Assembly (NCBI GenBank): GCA_965637545.1
Contig: OZ281498.1
Coordinates: 23,560,001-23,624,000, forward strand
Length of the DNA: 64,000 nucleotides
Origin: Phallusia mammillata
Lineage: Eukaryota
Direction: 5' to 3'
Positions 62,831 through 64,000 of the stretch are shown in pieces. The notes under the pieces were generated by a model. It was not told where the DNA came from, ran no database searches, and was given only the letters and a program-made list of their open reading frames with translations. The stretch's first letter is position 1, and each line of letters opens with the position of its first letter. The position numbers and the translations under genes are program-made.

Positions 62831-63261
62831 TTTGTTCCCACTCAAAAAAAATCCAGCCAAATCGTCTCTTTTTATATACAACTGAAAACCATCGGGTACT
62901 CCTGGCAGATTCCATTTGTGAAGCGGTGTTGGTAAAGTTGCCAACTAAAATTAAATCTCTTTAATCAAGTTTTAAAGCTCTAAGTCTGCAACATGCAAAG
63001 CCTTAATATGTAGCTGCTGAAAAAGTATTTTACAGCGAAAAATTTGTTCAGATGGCAAAAATGTTTCCGGAATTCCTGCAAGTTTGCAATTGGGTTGTTG
63101 GTTCTAACCCTGCATCTGTCTCTTGTATGTGATTTACAAAATAACATACTTAAATGTTATCCACACGCTAGAAACATTACCTTAACTCGTTTGCTTGGCA
63201 CAAATGCAAGATTAGACGCAAATTTCGGTGGATGATAATCAGACACTTTGCGGAACTCCAT
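62831..63261 (-). CDS. Second copy of exons 1-2 of the desulfhydrase-like gene
   Basis: 63261-63181 MEFRKVSDYHPPKFASNLAFVPSKRVK and 62944-62831 LATLPTPLHKWNLPGVPDGFQLYIKRDDLAGFFLSGNK; both open, same lengths (81 and 114 nt) and splice sites as copy 1; no exon 3 copy found between 56600 and 62830. Confidence 0.85.
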
Positions 63262-64000
63262 GATACTGCCAGTTAAAAATAACAAATTTTGATCCAGCAG
63301 CTTACAAAATTGGGCAATTTTTTTCTGATTTTTTCCTCCAATGAGTTGTTGATCACTTTTTTGTCACACAACAAAACGCATCTCCGTGGGTTAGTTGCAG
63401 CAGTTTAAGCTTGACATCATCCACGCTTGAAAGCAAAACAAACAAGGTGCAATCTTGCAATTTCAGACAAAACTGTGAATAGCAATGTGCGCTATTTTGT
63501 GCGTAACGCATTGATGCTTGTCACACATCTCAATAAACAATGCATGCCAATCCAGGCCACTTGGCGTCCAACTGCGCGTATAACGTTACAATGGATTAAC
63601 TGGGGTCACCTTGGATTGACTTTCAACCAATACAGTGCTTTGCAAACGGAAGCAAAATGCTGATTTGAAATAGTTAAAGTACTCCTGCATAATAAAATCT
63701 AAACGTGGCTATAGACAGCACAACTTGGGTTCTTTTATGTTGCCCCAGAAATTGGTTAACAAAACTAGTTTAATACTAATAAATAAATTTTACCTTCTTT
63801 AATCCCCTTTAACTCCCATTAAAATTTCTGTGTTTGTTGTAGTATTTTGCAAATTTAGTTGACAACCATTTTAGAAATTTCACCACACCACTACAATGCC
63901 ATTTAAACCATTTCAGCAGCAAATTTTGTGACACTAGTTTTAGTATCTAAAGTGCTACTATTGTTAGTAACTGAGCAATAAGAGGAGACTTTAAAAATCA

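Overview
Eukaryotic, AT-rich invertebrate genomic DNA with GT-AG introns (some only 55-70 nt) and many MITEs; an ascidian-like tunicate is my inference, not a certainty. Most ORFs in the supplied track are noise. Genes, left to right: (1) the first three coding exons of HCFC1 (minus strand, runs off the left edge); (2) a 12-exon, 1230-aa rhodopsin-class GPCR with about 17 LDLa modules joined directly to an RXFP/GRL101-type 7TM domain and no leucine-rich repeats (7993-37465, plus; all junctions rebuilt in frame by hand); (3) TM2D3 and (4) an OSBPL8/ORP5-8 ortholog, both with intronless coding regions; (5) a D-cysteine desulfhydrase/ACC-deaminase-family gene (minus) with a diverged active site and an apparent +1 frameshift, followed by a second copy of only its first two exons. 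A very young non-autonomous LTR element sits in an intron of gene 5 (identical 599-bp LTRs, CACT TSD, PBS matching elongator tRNA-Met, no gag/pol). The right end also holds a ~765-bp inverted duplication, a short tRNA-derived SINE (3 copies) and LINE fragments. hAT MITEs, some nested, occur throughout. The best novelty candidates are a recurring non-canonical LDLa doublet in the GPCR, the duplicated 5' exon pair of the desulfhydrase-like gene, and the LTR element.
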